A DNA stretch of 59,716 bases from a virus (Duplodnaviria; Caudoviricetes). The stretch covers positions 1-59,716 of IMG/VR virus record IMGVR_UViG_3300046804_002051; one strand, given 5' to 3'. Below, piece by piece: positions 35,887 to 45,867 of this stretch (position 1 is the first letter of the stretch; each line of letters opens with the position of its first letter). Below the pieces are notes generated by a model. It was given only the letters and a program-made list of their open reading frames with translations. It searched no databases and was not told the DNA's origin. The position numbers and the translations under genes were made by a program.

Positions 35887-36184
35887 GGTCCACATAACCT
35901 TCATCACCAGGTTCAAGAAGTTCTTTTTCTGTATATACTTTTTGTTCAGTAGCTTGTCTTTCTATTTCAGCAATAACAAGAATAATAGTATAAAAGGCAC
36001 GTTCCATTTCAGTCATGTCTTCATACTTTTGAGAAGTTATTTGTTTGATATATTCAGCACCTTTATCTTCAACATTTAAATGTTTAAGAAGAGTTATAGA
36101 AGCTGCTTTAGCCATCAAATAAAAACTTTTATTGACTTTGATGTCTAATAATACATCATCGTTTAATTCTTTTACTTTAATCAT
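35867..36184 (-). CDS. hypothetical protein, lone antisense gene
   Basis: fills a gap lacking any plus-strand ORF; own TATTTTTG promoter element at 36200-36207. Confidence 0.65.
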   Translation of the reverse strand: MIKVKELNDDVLLDIKVNKSFYLMAKAASITLLKHLNVEDKGAEYIKQITSQKYEDMTEMERAFYTIILVIAEIERQATEQKVYTEKELLEPGDEGYVDPTPEKD

Positions 36185-36216
36185 TGTACTAATTTTTATC
36201 AAAAATAAATAAAAAA

Positions 36217-36915
36217 ATGAATCTAGAAGAAATTAAACAAAAAATGTTTGATAAACTTGAACCTAGTGGCTGGGGTAGAATTTTTAAATCTTTTATATTT
36301 AGTAGTGAGTTTGATGATATACTCAAAAAACTATATACTCTAAGTCAAGAAGATAAGAGATTTACTCCACCACTAAAACAAGTATTTAGGGCCTTTGAAG
36401 AATGTCCGTATAATAAATTACAAGTGGTAATAGTGGGTCAGGATCCATATCCACAGTTAGGAGTTGCTGATGGTATTGCATTTAGTTGTGGTAACACCAA
36501 TAAACTTCAACCAAGTCTTAGATATATCTTAGAAGAAGTAAACAGAACAGTTTATAATGGTCATTCTGTAAGTGAAGATGTAAATCTTGCAAGATGGTCA
36601 AATCAAGGTATATTGATGCTTAATACAGCTCTTACAGTTGAAGTAGGTAAAATAGGTAGTCATTATGATATATGGAAACCATTTACTGCTTATCTGTTAG
36701 ATTATTTAAATAACTATAATCCCGGATTAATTTATGTGTACATGGGTAAAAAAGCTGAAGAATGGTCTGAACTTACTACCAATACTGACTATAGGTTTAC
36801 TGTTAAACATCCTGCTTCTGCTGCTTATAACGGCTCTAAATGGGATAGTAATGATATTTTTATTAAAGTATCTACTATAGTAACTAATACAAGTGGTAAT
36901 ATAATAACATGGTAG
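36217..36915 (+). CDS. ung: uracil-DNA glycosylase (family 1)
   Basis: VVIVGQDPYP, ADGIAFS, LMLNTALTV, HPAS. Confidence 0.95.
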   Translation: MNLEEIKQKMFDKLEPSGWGRIFKSFIFSSEFDDILKKLYTLSQEDKRFTPPLKQVFRAFEECPYNKLQVVIVGQDPYPQLGVADGIAFSCGNTNKLQPSLRYILEEVNRTVYNGHSVSEDVNLARWSNQGILMLNTALTVEVGKIGSHYDIWKPFTAYLLDYLNNYNPGLIYVYMGKKAEEWSELTTNTDYRFTVKHPASAAYNGSKWDSNDIFIKVSTIVTNTSGNIITW

Positions 36916-36916
36916 T

Positions 36917-37504
36917 ATGACAGAGATCTTTACTAAAGTAATTCAGAATGGTTTAACACCAAATTCTTTTTATGTTTTATACTGTATTAAGGAAAAAATA
37001 GTACCTCATAATTCAATTAACAAAGCACTTGAGTGCAAAAGGCTGCATATGGATCAGTGGTTGTCAGAATCCTTGGAATTGACAGATAAAAGCATTATCT
37101 TTATGGCAGAAATTGATGGATATTTTAAGAAATCCAAGAAGAAAACTTCTAAAGATTTAATGGGGCATAATTTTATGCAAAACATAGAGGCATATGTGAA
37201 CATATTTCCTAATAAGAAACTATCCTCTGGTAAATATGCAAGAGTTCCTGCTAAAAATCTTGAGAATGCATTTAGATGGTTCTTTGATACCTTCAATTAT
37301 AGTTGGGAAACTATCTTTTTAGCTACTCAAAAGTATGTTTTAGAATATGAATCTAAAAACTATGAATACATGAGAAACTCTCAATATTTTTTGAGAAAAC
37401 AAAATGTAGACAAAAGTTGGGATTCTGACTTAGCAACTTATTGTGAATATCTAAATGATAATCCTGATGAAGATAAAGATGTATTTAGTGAGTTAATTGT
37501 ATAA
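36917..37504 (+). CDS. putative replication initiator/helicase loader
   Basis: 195 aa directly upstream of DnaB; function inferred from position. Confidence 0.4.
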   Translation: MTEIFTKVIQNGLTPNSFYVLYCIKEKIVPHNSINKALECKRLHMDQWLSESLELTDKSIIFMAEIDGYFKKSKKKTSKDLMGHNFMQNIEAYVNIFPNKKLSSGKYARVPAKNLENAFRWFFDTFNYSWETIFLATQKYVLEYESKNYEYMRNSQYFLRKQNVDKSWDSDLATYCEYLNDNPDEDKDVFSELIV

Positions 37505-37522
37505 TTTAAATTTTTAAAGTTT

Positions 37523-38530
37523 ATGGGAAAACTATTCAATGGTGCTAGACATCTGTTACCAGTAAGTGAAAGAGATAGTCTTGAAAAGGGTCTCTACAAA
37601 ATGAAGGCAAAAAGAGAAGGTAAAATACCTGCACTAATAAGTGCTTGGCCAAAATTTAATGATGCTTTTTGTGATGGACTTGAGTGGAGAACTATAACAG
37701 TTGTTGGTGCACGTCCTGGCACAGGTAAGACACTTTTTATGGAACAGTTAGTGTCTGACATCATTGCAAAAAATCCTGACCAAGAGTTCAGGGTATTAAA
37801 ATTTCAGATGGAAATGGTTGATGAAACCAGTGCTATTAGAAAATTTGGTCTGATTACAGGTGCTGATTACAATACATTAATGAGTAAAGACGGCAAGTTA
37901 GTTGACAAAAAATTATTTGAAAAGTGTGTAGAATACTACAAATCAACTATTAATAATGATTTAATTAATGTCATCTACGATACATGTACTGTCAATGAAA
38001 TGTGTGCTACAATTCATTATGAGTTGGAAAGATACAAGAAAGAAGATGGTACTTATCCTAACATGCTTGTTACAATAGATCACTCTGCTCTATTTAAAAA
38101 TGATGTAGGACAGAAAGACAAGTTTGATATGCTAGGTGCATTGGGTGAAGCCTTGACCTATATGAAGAAAAATTATCCTGTAGCATTTGTTGTCCTAAGT
38201 CAGTTAAATAGAAATATAGATGATACTAAGAGACAAGTAGAAGCCACTTATGGTAATTATGTATTAGATTCTGACATTTATGGTTCTGATGCTTTATTAC
38301 AACATGCTGATGTAGTTATTGGTATTAATAAACCTTCTATCAGAAGAATAAAGAAATATGGTCCTGAGAAGTTCCTAATTGAAGATCCGGATACCTTAGT
38401 GTTCCACTTCCTGAAGTCACGTAATGGTCTTACAAGAATCAGTTTCTTTAAACTAGATAGAGCTACTATGAGAATAGTAGAGATACCAACTCCTGCTAGG
38501 GAGACTACACAGAAAATCCAAGTAAATTAA
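37523..38530 (+). CDS. dnaB: DnaB-like replicative helicase
   Basis: GARPGTGKT, FQMEM, TIDH, LSQLNR, GSDALLQHAD, KSRNG. Confidence 0.92.
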   Translation: MGKLFNGARHLLPVSERDSLEKGLYKMKAKREGKIPALISAWPKFNDAFCDGLEWRTITVVGARPGTGKTLFMEQLVSDIIAKNPDQEFRVLKFQMEMVDETSAIRKFGLITGADYNTLMSKDGKLVDKKLFEKCVEYYKSTINNDLINVIYDTCTVNEMCATIHYELERYKKEDGTYPNMLVTIDHSALFKNDVGQKDKFDMLGALGEALTYMKKNYPVAFVVLSQLNRNIDDTKRQVEATYGNYVLDSDIYGSDALLQHADVVIGINKPSIRRIKKYGPEKFLIEDPDTLVFHFLKSRNGLTRISFFKLDRATMRIVEIPTPARETTQKIQVN

Positions 38531-38536
38531 TAAATT

Positions 38537-39217
38537 ATGAATAATAACAATTTAAGAAAAGAAAAAGAAAGAGAGTTCTATATGCAGCATATGGACACTT
38601 TCAAAGCAATTGGATTAGCAGATCCATTCTTTACAATTAAAACTGCTTTCTTTAAGAAAGGTAAGTTTGGTAAACAGTGTCAATTCTTTGAGTGGGAGTT
38701 GAAGAAAGGTGAGGATATCTACATTGAGTTCTATGAGAACGTGTATGATGGCTCTGGAAGAAACACTGATATTGTTCCAGGAATGGAAGGTAGACCATTG
38801 TTTAAGTTAAAGTACAATCCTTTTTATCATGAGGAGTATGATGTTACAGAAACTGTTGATGCAGATGGAAAAGTAGATAGAAAATATCTAGTTTCTCTTG
38901 GTGAGATGGTTGCTGTTCTTCCTACTGGACAAGAGATTAGCTATGCTCTTTATGAAAAGAGAAAAGAAGAATCTAAACTTGAGGTTCCTGCATTACAACA
39001 ATCATTGAGTGTATTTCCAGATTTTGAGGCAGAGTATGCTCCTAAAGTAGAGGAAATTGAAATTGATGTACCTGCTGTAGAAGAAAATACAGAATTTACT
39101 GGAGGTTCTTTAGCAAACATATCTTTAAAAGATTTTGCAGCAATCATGCTTGTAAAACCTGTAAGTGATAAGAAATGGTTGAATGATTTAATAATTGAAT
39201 CAAGAAAAGACTTATGA
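38537..39217 (+). CDS. hypothetical replication-module protein
   Basis: 226 aa between DnaB and the ATPase. Confidence 0.7.
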   Translation: MNNNNLRKEKEREFYMQHMDTFKAIGLADPFFTIKTAFFKKGKFGKQCQFFEWELKKGEDIYIEFYENVYDGSGRNTDIVPGMEGRPLFKLKYNPFYHEEYDVTETVDADGKVDRKYLVSLGEMVAVLPTGQEISYALYEKRKEESKLEVPALQQSLSVFPDFEAEYAPKVEEIEIDVPAVEENTEFTGGSLANISLKDFAAIMLVKPVSDKKWLNDLIIESRKDL

Positions 39218-39933
39218 GTATAGTACTTCCAACTAAAAAAGTCAAAGCAGAAAGACAGAATCCTAAAAGAATTGTGATCTATTCTAAGCCAAAGACTGGT
39301 AAAACAACTGCATATGCAGGTCTTGATGACAATCTGATTATTGATTTAGAGAACGGTACTGATTATGTTGAAGCTCTTAAAGTTAAAGTAAGTAATCTAC
39401 AAGAACTTTTGGATACTGGTAAAGCAATCAAAGCTGCAGGTAATCCATACAAGTTTATTACTATTGATACTGTAACTGCATTAGAAGATATGATAATGCC
39501 GTTAGCTGTAAAACTTTACAGAGGAACTGCAATGGGTAAAAACTATGATGGAGACAATGTAACTACTCTTCCAAATGGTGCAGGTTATCTATATATTAGA
39601 CAAGCCTTCTTTCAGGTTTTAGATTTTATTGATACCTTAGCACCTACAATCATTCTATCTGGTCATATTAAAGATAAGGTAGTTGATGATAAAGGAGAGA
39701 TGGTCATGTCTGCAAACATAGACCTGACGGGTAAGATCAAATCATTAATTTGTGCAAATGCAGATGCTATTGGGTATATGTACCGAAAAGGTAACAAAAC
39801 TATTTTGTCTTTTAAGACTAATGAAGAGGTTACTTGTGGTGCAAGACCTGAGCATTTACGTAATGAAGAAATAGTAATTACTGAGATGATTGATGGTGTT
39901 CTAAAGACATCATGGGAAAAAGTTTTTGTTTAA
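39214..39933 (+). CDS. AAA_24/Sak4-like P-loop ATPase (recombinase)
   Basis: YSKPKTGKTT, IDLENG, ITIDTVT, LSGH, ADAIGY. Confidence 0.8.
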   Translation: MSIVLPTKKVKAERQNPKRIVIYSKPKTGKTTAYAGLDDNLIIDLENGTDYVEALKVKVSNLQELLDTGKAIKAAGNPYKFITIDTVTALEDMIMPLAVKLYRGTAMGKNYDGDNVTTLPNGAGYLYIRQAFFQVLDFIDTLAPTIILSGHIKDKVVDDKGEMVMSANIDLTGKIKSLICANADAIGYMYRKGNKTILSFKTNEEVTCGARPEHLRNEEIVITEMIDGVLKTSWEKVFV

Positions 39934-39953
39934 TAATTAAAAAGTAAAATAAA

Positions 39954-40637
39954 ATGGCGTTAAGTACAGAAGATCTTGGTACCGGTGGATCCGGCCTACC
40001 AAAAACAATTAGTCCAGGTAACAAAGTATTGAAAATTAACAATGTAGAACTGGAAGAGTTTAAATTCATTGATAATGCATATCATTTGATCTTGCATGTA
40101 GAAACTGAACCAATTGAAGGTTTTGAAGGTTTTGCTCTTGATAAAGACAATCCTGATAAAGGACATTATGCTGGTCAAATTGGTAGAGTTAAAGCTTCTC
40201 AGTATGCATTTGCAGATGGTGAAACTAAATCTGGTATTAAAATCCAAAGAGACAGATCTATTTTGATCTTTTTACAGAATCTTTGTAAGACTTTGGGTAT
40301 TAATGACTGGATGCAAGCTCAACATAACAAACACAATACTATTGAAGATTTTGTAGATGCATTTAATGCTACTGCACCTATCAAAGATAAGTATCTGGAA
40401 TTCTGTATTGCAGGTAAAGAGTATGTAGGTAAAACAGGTTATACTAATTATGACATGTGGTTGCCAAAAGCAGAAAAAGGTAAGTATGCATTTGGTGAAA
40501 TAGAAGAAGGTAAAGTAATTAGATATGATGAAAAAATTCATCTTAAGAAATTAGAAAACAAAGAAGTTTCTAAATTTGGTGATGATGATGATTTTTCAAC
40601 ATCAAACAAAACCTCAACTGATTTCTCTCTAGACTAA
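39954..40637 (+). CDS. putative ssDNA-binding protein
   Basis: follows Sak4-like ATPase; acidic tail ending DFSLD. Confidence 0.5.
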   Translation: MALSTEDLGTGGSGLPKTISPGNKVLKINNVELEEFKFIDNAYHLILHVETEPIEGFEGFALDKDNPDKGHYAGQIGRVKASQYAFADGETKSGIKIQRDRSILIFLQNLCKTLGINDWMQAQHNKHNTIEDFVDAFNATAPIKDKYLEFCIAGKEYVGKTGYTNYDMWLPKAEKGKYAFGEIEEGKVIRYDEKIHLKKLENKEVSKFGDDDDFSTSNKTSTDFSLD

Positions 40638-40645
40638 AAAAATAG

Positions 40646-40679
40646 TTAGGGGGAATCAATAGGGGTTCCCCCTAATTTT
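40646..40679 (+). terminator. intrinsic terminator
   Basis: TTAGGGGGAATC/GGTTCCCCCTAA plus TTTT. Confidence 0.75.
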
Positions 40680-40691
40680 AAATTTTAGAGT

Positions 40692-41672
40692 ATGATTTCC
40701 ACAACAACTATTGTTTCTGATTTAAACGATGTACCCAGAGAATGGGTCTTTGAACACTACCTGAAACTTACTGAAAGATTATCAGGACAGAGTCTTAAAA
40801 TCAAATCTATTTTCAGTACTAGAGATAAAGTTCCATCTATGTGTATTTATACAGATAGCCGGGGTCACTATAAGTTTAAAGATTTTTCTTCAGGCTATGG
40901 TGGTGATGGACTTAATCTTGTAATGCATTTGTATAACCTAGAAAGTAGAGGTAAAGCTTCTTTTAGAATAATGGAAGACTATGCTGTTTATATTTCTAAT
41001 AATACATATGTTCCTATTGCATATAAACCACAGAGTAAGTATGTAGTTTCTGATTATGAAATGAGACACTGGAATACACTAGATCAAGGATATTGGAGAA
41101 ATTTCAAGTTATCCTCTTCTATTTTAGAAGGTCACAATGTCTATCCTTTGTCATTTTATACAATGATTAAAGAAGATGATGAGGGTCGTATTCTAGATAC
41201 TGTACATATCAAAGCTAATTTTATTTATGGTTATTTTCGGGAAGATGGTACACTGTATAAAATCTATACTCCAAAGAACAAAGATAACAAGTTTATTAAA
41301 GTACATGATTACATACAAGGTTCTGATCAACTTGAGTTTAAATCTAAGTATCTGATTATTACTTCATCTCTGAAAGATCTAATGTGTTTTAAAAAATTGG
41401 GAATATCAGGTATTGAAACTATTGCTCCAGATAGTGAGAATAGTGTGGTACCAGAAAATTTTATGAGACCTCTTCTAGATAAGTATCAAAAGATCATTGT
41501 ATTGTTTGATAATGATGAGCCTGGACTAAAGTCTGCTCAGAAGTATAAAAACAAATATGGTTTTGAGTATATAAATTTAGATATGTCTAAAGATTTGTCA
41601 GATTCAGTAAAAGACTTTGGTGTTGAAGCTGTCAGAGATAAACTATTCCCATTATTAAAACAAGCATTATGA
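40692..41672 (+). CDS. DNA primase (TOPRIM)
   Basis: FKDFSSG; IITSSLKDLM; SEN; LFDNDEPG; KDLSD. Confidence 0.85.
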   Translation: MISTTTIVSDLNDVPREWVFEHYLKLTERLSGQSLKIKSIFSTRDKVPSMCIYTDSRGHYKFKDFSSGYGGDGLNLVMHLYNLESRGKASFRIMEDYAVYISNNTYVPIAYKPQSKYVVSDYEMRHWNTLDQGYWRNFKLSSSILEGHNVYPLSFYTMIKEDDEGRILDTVHIKANFIYGYFREDGTLYKIYTPKNKDNKFIKVHDYIQGSDQLEFKSKYLIITSSLKDLMCFKKLGISGIETIAPDSENSVVPENFMRPLLDKYQKIIVLFDNDEPGLKSAQKYKNKYGFEYINLDMSKDLSDSVKDFGVEAVRDKLFPLLKQAL

Positions 41673-42094
41673 GTTGGACCTATAAAGGAAAACAATTTGA
41701 GGAATTAGATATTCCTGCAGGAGCCGTAGGGTTTATTTATATTATGACTGCTATCATAGATGGTAAATCAGTTGCTTACATAGGAAAGAAGAACTTCTTT
41801 GCTAATATCAAGAGACCTCTTGGTAAAAAAGCACTGGCCATGTCTACTGATAAAAGGTTAAAAAAGTACAAGCGGGAACTGAAACCTGACTTTATGAGAT
41901 ATTACAGTAGTAATAAAGTTCTTAAAGATGCTCACAAAGCTGGAGTACCTATCAAAAGAGAAATTCTTAGGATATGTAGTACTCAGATGGAGCTCACATA
42001 TCAGGAGACTAAACATCAGTTCTTGTATGAAGTACTTGAGAAAGAAGAATTCCTAAATGGAAATATTCTAGGTAGGTTTTACAAAATCAAATAA
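41669..42094 (+). CDS. GIY-YIG nuclease (T4 endonuclease II/Seg-like)
   Basis: GFIYIMT ... AYIGKK ... YYSS ... KREIL ... E ... NGNI. Confidence 0.75.
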   Translation: MSWTYKGKQFEELDIPAGAVGFIYIMTAIIDGKSVAYIGKKNFFANIKRPLGKKALAMSTDKRLKKYKRELKPDFMRYYSSNKVLKDAHKAGVPIKREILRICSTQMELTYQETKHQFLYEVLEKEEFLNGNILGRFYKIK

Positions 42095-42095
42095 T

Positions 42096-42500
42096 ATGAC
42101 AGAATTAGAATTAACAAGCCTCCTATTTAGGTTGGCTGATTTTGGTATTACAGGTGTTAAAGTAAAATATGATGGTGGAGGAGACTCAGGTGCCATAGAA
42201 TGGATAGGTTATACAAAAAAACCTTGTGAAACTCCAGAAGATGTAGATGATAATGTAGAAGATTGGGCAGATGAATGGAATTTAGCAAAACTTGATCAAG
42301 ATCTTTATTATGAAATTGAAAAATTTTCAGAATCTAAACTTCTTGATGAAATAGAAGATTGGTGGAATAATGAAGGTGGTTGGGGAGAATTGTCTATTTG
42401 TGTTCCTTCAGGTAAATATCAAATTACTAATAATATTAGAATTACTGATCATGAAACATATAATCATGAAGGTAGTATTCTAGATAAAGCAGAAGAGTAA
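42096..42500 (+). CDS. DUF6878-like protein
   Basis: VKYDGGGDSGAIE ... WWNNEGGWGEL. Confidence 0.65.
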   Translation: MTELELTSLLFRLADFGITGVKVKYDGGGDSGAIEWIGYTKKPCETPEDVDDNVEDWADEWNLAKLDQDLYYEIEKFSESKLLDEIEDWWNNEGGWGELSICVPSGKYQITNNIRITDHETYNHEGSILDKAEE

Positions 42501-42682
42501 TGGAAGATTTTGAAAGATGGTTAATTGATGAGTTGGAAACTCAAACATTAACAGATGAGTTAAAAGATGAAATACTTGAAAGAGTAAGAGAATTGCATGA
42601 AGATGCTCAGAGTGAAGGATATAGTGAGGGATATAGTGAAGCTAAACATGAAATTATTGATCACATAACATACAAAATGTAA
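42500..42682 (+). CDS. small acidic protein
   Basis: 19 D/E in 60 aa; EGYSEGYSE repeat. Confidence 0.6.
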   Translation: MEDFERWLIDELETQTLTDELKDEILERVRELHEDAQSEGYSEGYSEAKHEIIDHITYKM

Positions 42683-43029
42683 TGGCACATCCTTGGCAAC
42701 ATGCAAAATCATCAGTTAAGAAGTTTGGAGGGTCTCCTGTAGATTATCTAGCAATACATAACTGGTTTGATGAAACTAAGGCCTGGGTAGGTCATAGTAT
42801 GCACAGAATGTTTAGACATCATAGTGAAGGTATATTTGAATGTGAGCAAAGATTTGGTATGGTAATTACCAACTCTGATGGTAAAGATGTATATGTAAGA
42901 TATGTTGGTGAGCAGCATGTCAAGGAAGATTGTAATAATTATATCCCTACTGCAAAAGAATGGATAGATATGATTGAATCTGGTAAGCCTGAGAAATGGG
43001 CAATAAAAACATTAAAAATTGAAGACTGA
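42682..43029 (+). CDS. DUF6915-like His-rich protein
   Basis: MAHPWQHAKSS ... IHNWFDETK ... HRMFRHHSEG ... EQHVKED. Confidence 0.7.
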   Translation: MAHPWQHAKSSVKKFGGSPVDYLAIHNWFDETKAWVGHSMHRMFRHHSEGIFECEQRFGMVITNSDGKDVYVRYVGEQHVKEDCNNYIPTAKEWIDMIESGKPEKWAIKTLKIED

Positions 43030-43436
43030 TGATTTTTAACAAAGAAGAAACAAAAAACTTAATTATGATGCTTCAATCTCAAGATGCAGACAATCATGTT
43101 GTTGCATTTGAGGCATTGAAAAATGTAGATTTTAAAAAGTATATAGGAGAGCTATTAGTACTTTATAAGTTTGGTGGACATACATTAAACAATTGGCAAG
43201 TAAACTGTAAAAAAGCAGCTACCAAACTAGATAAGATCTTAGATCAAAGTACACTTAGTAGTCCTAAAACTTTAGCCTTAATTACACAACACAAAGGTTC
43301 TAAAGCTTCGGTTGAGCTATTTATGGAATTCTTTATTAGAGATATGTCAAGGATGTTAGAATCCATTGGCTATCCTACAGATAAATTTGAAATAAACATT
43401 AAATTTAAAGATGATGGACAAACAACAGAGTCTTAG
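43029..43436 (+). CDS. hypothetical helical protein with MLxSxDxDN motif
   Basis: MLQSQDADNHVVA; overlaps the vWA gene. Confidence 0.65.
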   Translation: MIFNKEETKNLIMMLQSQDADNHVVAFEALKNVDFKKYIGELLVLYKFGGHTLNNWQVNCKKAATKLDKILDQSTLSSPKTLALITQHKGSKASVELFMEFFIRDMSRMLESIGYPTDKFEINIKFKDDGQTTES

Positions 43437-44592
43437 TAAAATTGGTAAAGAGCTAATGTTGAAAGAGCCCTTTTATGGGTTCTTTCTTATTGCTCTAAAT
43501 AAAATCTGGGGTAATAAGATACCAACTGCCGGGGTTAGTAAGAATGGTATTAATTATCAGCTCTTTATTAATACTGAATTTTGGGAAAGTCTTAGTGATA
43601 ACCACAGACTTGGATTATTGAAACATGAATTGCTTCATATTGCATTTGGACATCTTACAACTTTCTTTAAGTTTAGTGATAAGAGACTTGCAAATGTTGC
43701 AATGGATATGGAAATCAATCAGTATATATCTAAAGAATGGCTACCAGAAGGTGGTATTGATATAGATAATTATGAAGATCTTAATCTTGAAAGAAAAGCA
43801 GGTTGTAGATATTATTATGACAAGCTAAAAGAACTTCAGGATAAAAAGAAACAGAACGGTACTTGTGGAAATCAACCTATGGATAATTTGTTGGATGCTA
43901 TAGAAAATGGTGAGACAGATGATCATGCAACATGGGAAGAGTTTGAAGACATGACGGAAGCTGAGAAAAAGTTAATTGAGAAACAATTACAGAAAGTTCT
44001 TGGTGATGCTAAAGATCAGACTATTAAGAAGAAAGGTAATGTTCCTGGAGAGATTGAAGCAGTAATTATTATAGAAGAAGTTACTAAACAAAAATTTAAT
44101 TGGCGGAATCATATCAGAAGATTTACAGGTGTAAGTACAAAAGTATTTACTAAGAAAATCAGAAGAAAAGAGAACCGTAGATTTAGTGACAATCCGGGTC
44201 TAAAAGTAAAAATGAGACAACATATGTTGTTGGCCATAGATACTTCAGGATCTGTAAGTGATAATGAGCTCAAAGAATTTATGAGTGAAATCTATCACAT
44301 CTATAAATGTGGTGTAGACATTACTGTAGTACAATGTGATACAAGAATCAGATCAATTGAACCTTACAAAGGTAAATTTGAGATGGCTATACAAGGTAGA
44401 GGTGGAACTGAATTTGATCCCGTCCTAGAATATTTTAATGCAAACCTGAAGAAATATACAAGCCTGGTGTATTTTACTGATGGAGAATGTGGTTATTCTG
44501 TAAAACCTAGAGGTAATACTCTATGGGTTTTGTCAGAACAATCTTATATGAATGAAGAGTTACCGGGTAAAGTTATTAAATTAGAATTATAA
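43411..44592 (+). CDS. metallopeptidase-vWA protein (DUF2201 type)
   Basis: LKHELLH, NVAMDMEINQ, AIDTSGS (MIDAS), GRGGTEF, YFTDG. Confidence 0.88.
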   Translation: MMDKQQSLSKIGKELMLKEPFYGFFLIALNKIWGNKIPTAGVSKNGINYQLFINTEFWESLSDNHRLGLLKHELLHIAFGHLTTFFKFSDKRLANVAMDMEINQYISKEWLPEGGIDIDNYEDLNLERKAGCRYYYDKLKELQDKKKQNGTCGNQPMDNLLDAIENGETDDHATWEEFEDMTEAEKKLIEKQLQKVLGDAKDQTIKKKGNVPGEIEAVIIIEEVTKQKFNWRNHIRRFTGVSTKVFTKKIRRKENRRFSDNPGLKVKMRQHMLLAIDTSGSVSDNELKEFMSEIYHIYKCGVDITVVQCDTRIRSIEPYKGKFEMAIQGRGGTEFDPVLEYFNANLKKYTSLVYFTDGECGYSVKPRGNTLWVLSEQSYMNEELPGKVIKLEL

Positions 44593-44603
44593 AAATTAGT
44601 GTT

Positions 44604-45773
44604 ATGAGTCAAGTACAATTAAATGTTAATGAGTTAAAGGATTTTATTAAACATATGGTTAAGAATAACCAGCATATTCAGTCTGAAGGTAAAGTACCTG
44701 TGGCTATTAATATTGAAGGTGATGCAGGTTTGGGTAAAACTTCTGCTATCATGCAGTTAGGTAAAGAAATGAACATGGATGTTGTAAAGCTGAATTTATC
44801 TCAGCTGGAAGAATTAGGTGACTTAGTTGGGTTTCCTGTAAAAGAATTTCAGATACAAAATGCAGAAGGTAAAACCAAATGGATTGGTGAGGCACAAGTA
44901 AATATGGCTCTTCATAAAGGGTTTAAAGTTGTTGGAAAGAGAATGTCCCATGCTGCTCCTGAGTGGATACAAGGTAAAGGTGAAGGTGGTTTCTTGATTC
45001 TTGATGACTATACTCGTGCCGATGCAAGATTTATGCAGGCAACTATGGAAATCTTAGATAGACAAGAATATGTTTCTTGGAAGCTACCTAAGAATTGGCA
45101 TGTTATCTTGACTACTAATCCAGACAATGGTGACTATAATGTAACTAGTCTTGACGTAGCTCAGAAAACAAGATTTATCTCTGTTGAGTTAAAGTATGAT
45201 TCTGATGTTTGGGCTAAGTGGGCAGAAAAAGCAAACATAGATGGTAGATGTATTAACTTTATGTTGATGCATCCAGAATTGGTTAACCAAAGAGTTAATC
45301 CAAGATCTATCACTACATTCTTTAATGCTATTAGTTCTGTACCTAAGTTTGAAGATAGCCTACCACTAATTCAGATGATTGGTGAGGGTTCTGTTGGTGT
45401 AGACTTTAGTTCAATGTTTACTATGTTCATTAACAATAAACTTGACCGAATTATTAGTCCTGAAGACATCTTGACCAAAGATGAGCAGTATGTTATGAAC
45501 TCTCTTACTAATGCAGTAGGAAAAGATGATGAGTTCCGTGCTGATATATCTAGTGTCATTGCAACAAGGGTAATTAACTATTCTCTTGCTTTGGCTGACA
45601 AAGGTTCAGTTGGTAAACCAATCATTGACAGGATAGCTAAACTTACTACTGATTGTGCAGCATTCACTGATGACCTTAGATACTATATGGTCAAAGAGAT
45701 TGTCAACGGTAATAAAGTTAAGTTTAGTCAGTTGATGATGAATCAAGACGTGGTGAAGATGGCTGTAAAATAA
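44604..45773 (+). CDS. MoxR-like AAA+ ATPase
   Basis: EGDAGLGKT, LILDDYTRA, LTTNP, TRF, NPRS. Confidence 0.88.
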   Translation: MSQVQLNVNELKDFIKHMVKNNQHIQSEGKVPVAINIEGDAGLGKTSAIMQLGKEMNMDVVKLNLSQLEELGDLVGFPVKEFQIQNAEGKTKWIGEAQVNMALHKGFKVVGKRMSHAAPEWIQGKGEGGFLILDDYTRADARFMQATMEILDRQEYVSWKLPKNWHVILTTNPDNGDYNVTSLDVAQKTRFISVELKYDSDVWAKWAEKANIDGRCINFMLMHPELVNQRVNPRSITTFFNAISSVPKFEDSLPLIQMIGEGSVGVDFSSMFTMFINNKLDRIISPEDILTKDEQYVMNSLTNAVGKDDEFRADISSVIATRVINYSLALADKGSVGKPIIDRIAKLTTDCAAFTDDLRYYMVKEIVNGNKVKFSQLMMNQDVVKMAVK

Positions 45774-45829
45774 GTCAACATAGAAGGGTTCCCCTTTAAA
45801 AAAACACTAGTCTAATTAAAAACAATGAT

Positions 45830-45855
45830 AAGGGGAGGTAATACTCCCCTTTATT
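45830..45855 (+). terminator. hairpin terminator
   Basis: AAGGGGAG/CTCCCCTT plus T-rich tail. Confidence 0.65.
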
Positions 45856-45867
45856 AAATTTTAAAAT

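Noticed and set aside
42609-42640. AGTGA(A/G)GGATAT tandem repeat
   Set aside because: Simply encodes SEGYSEGYSE within a small protein.
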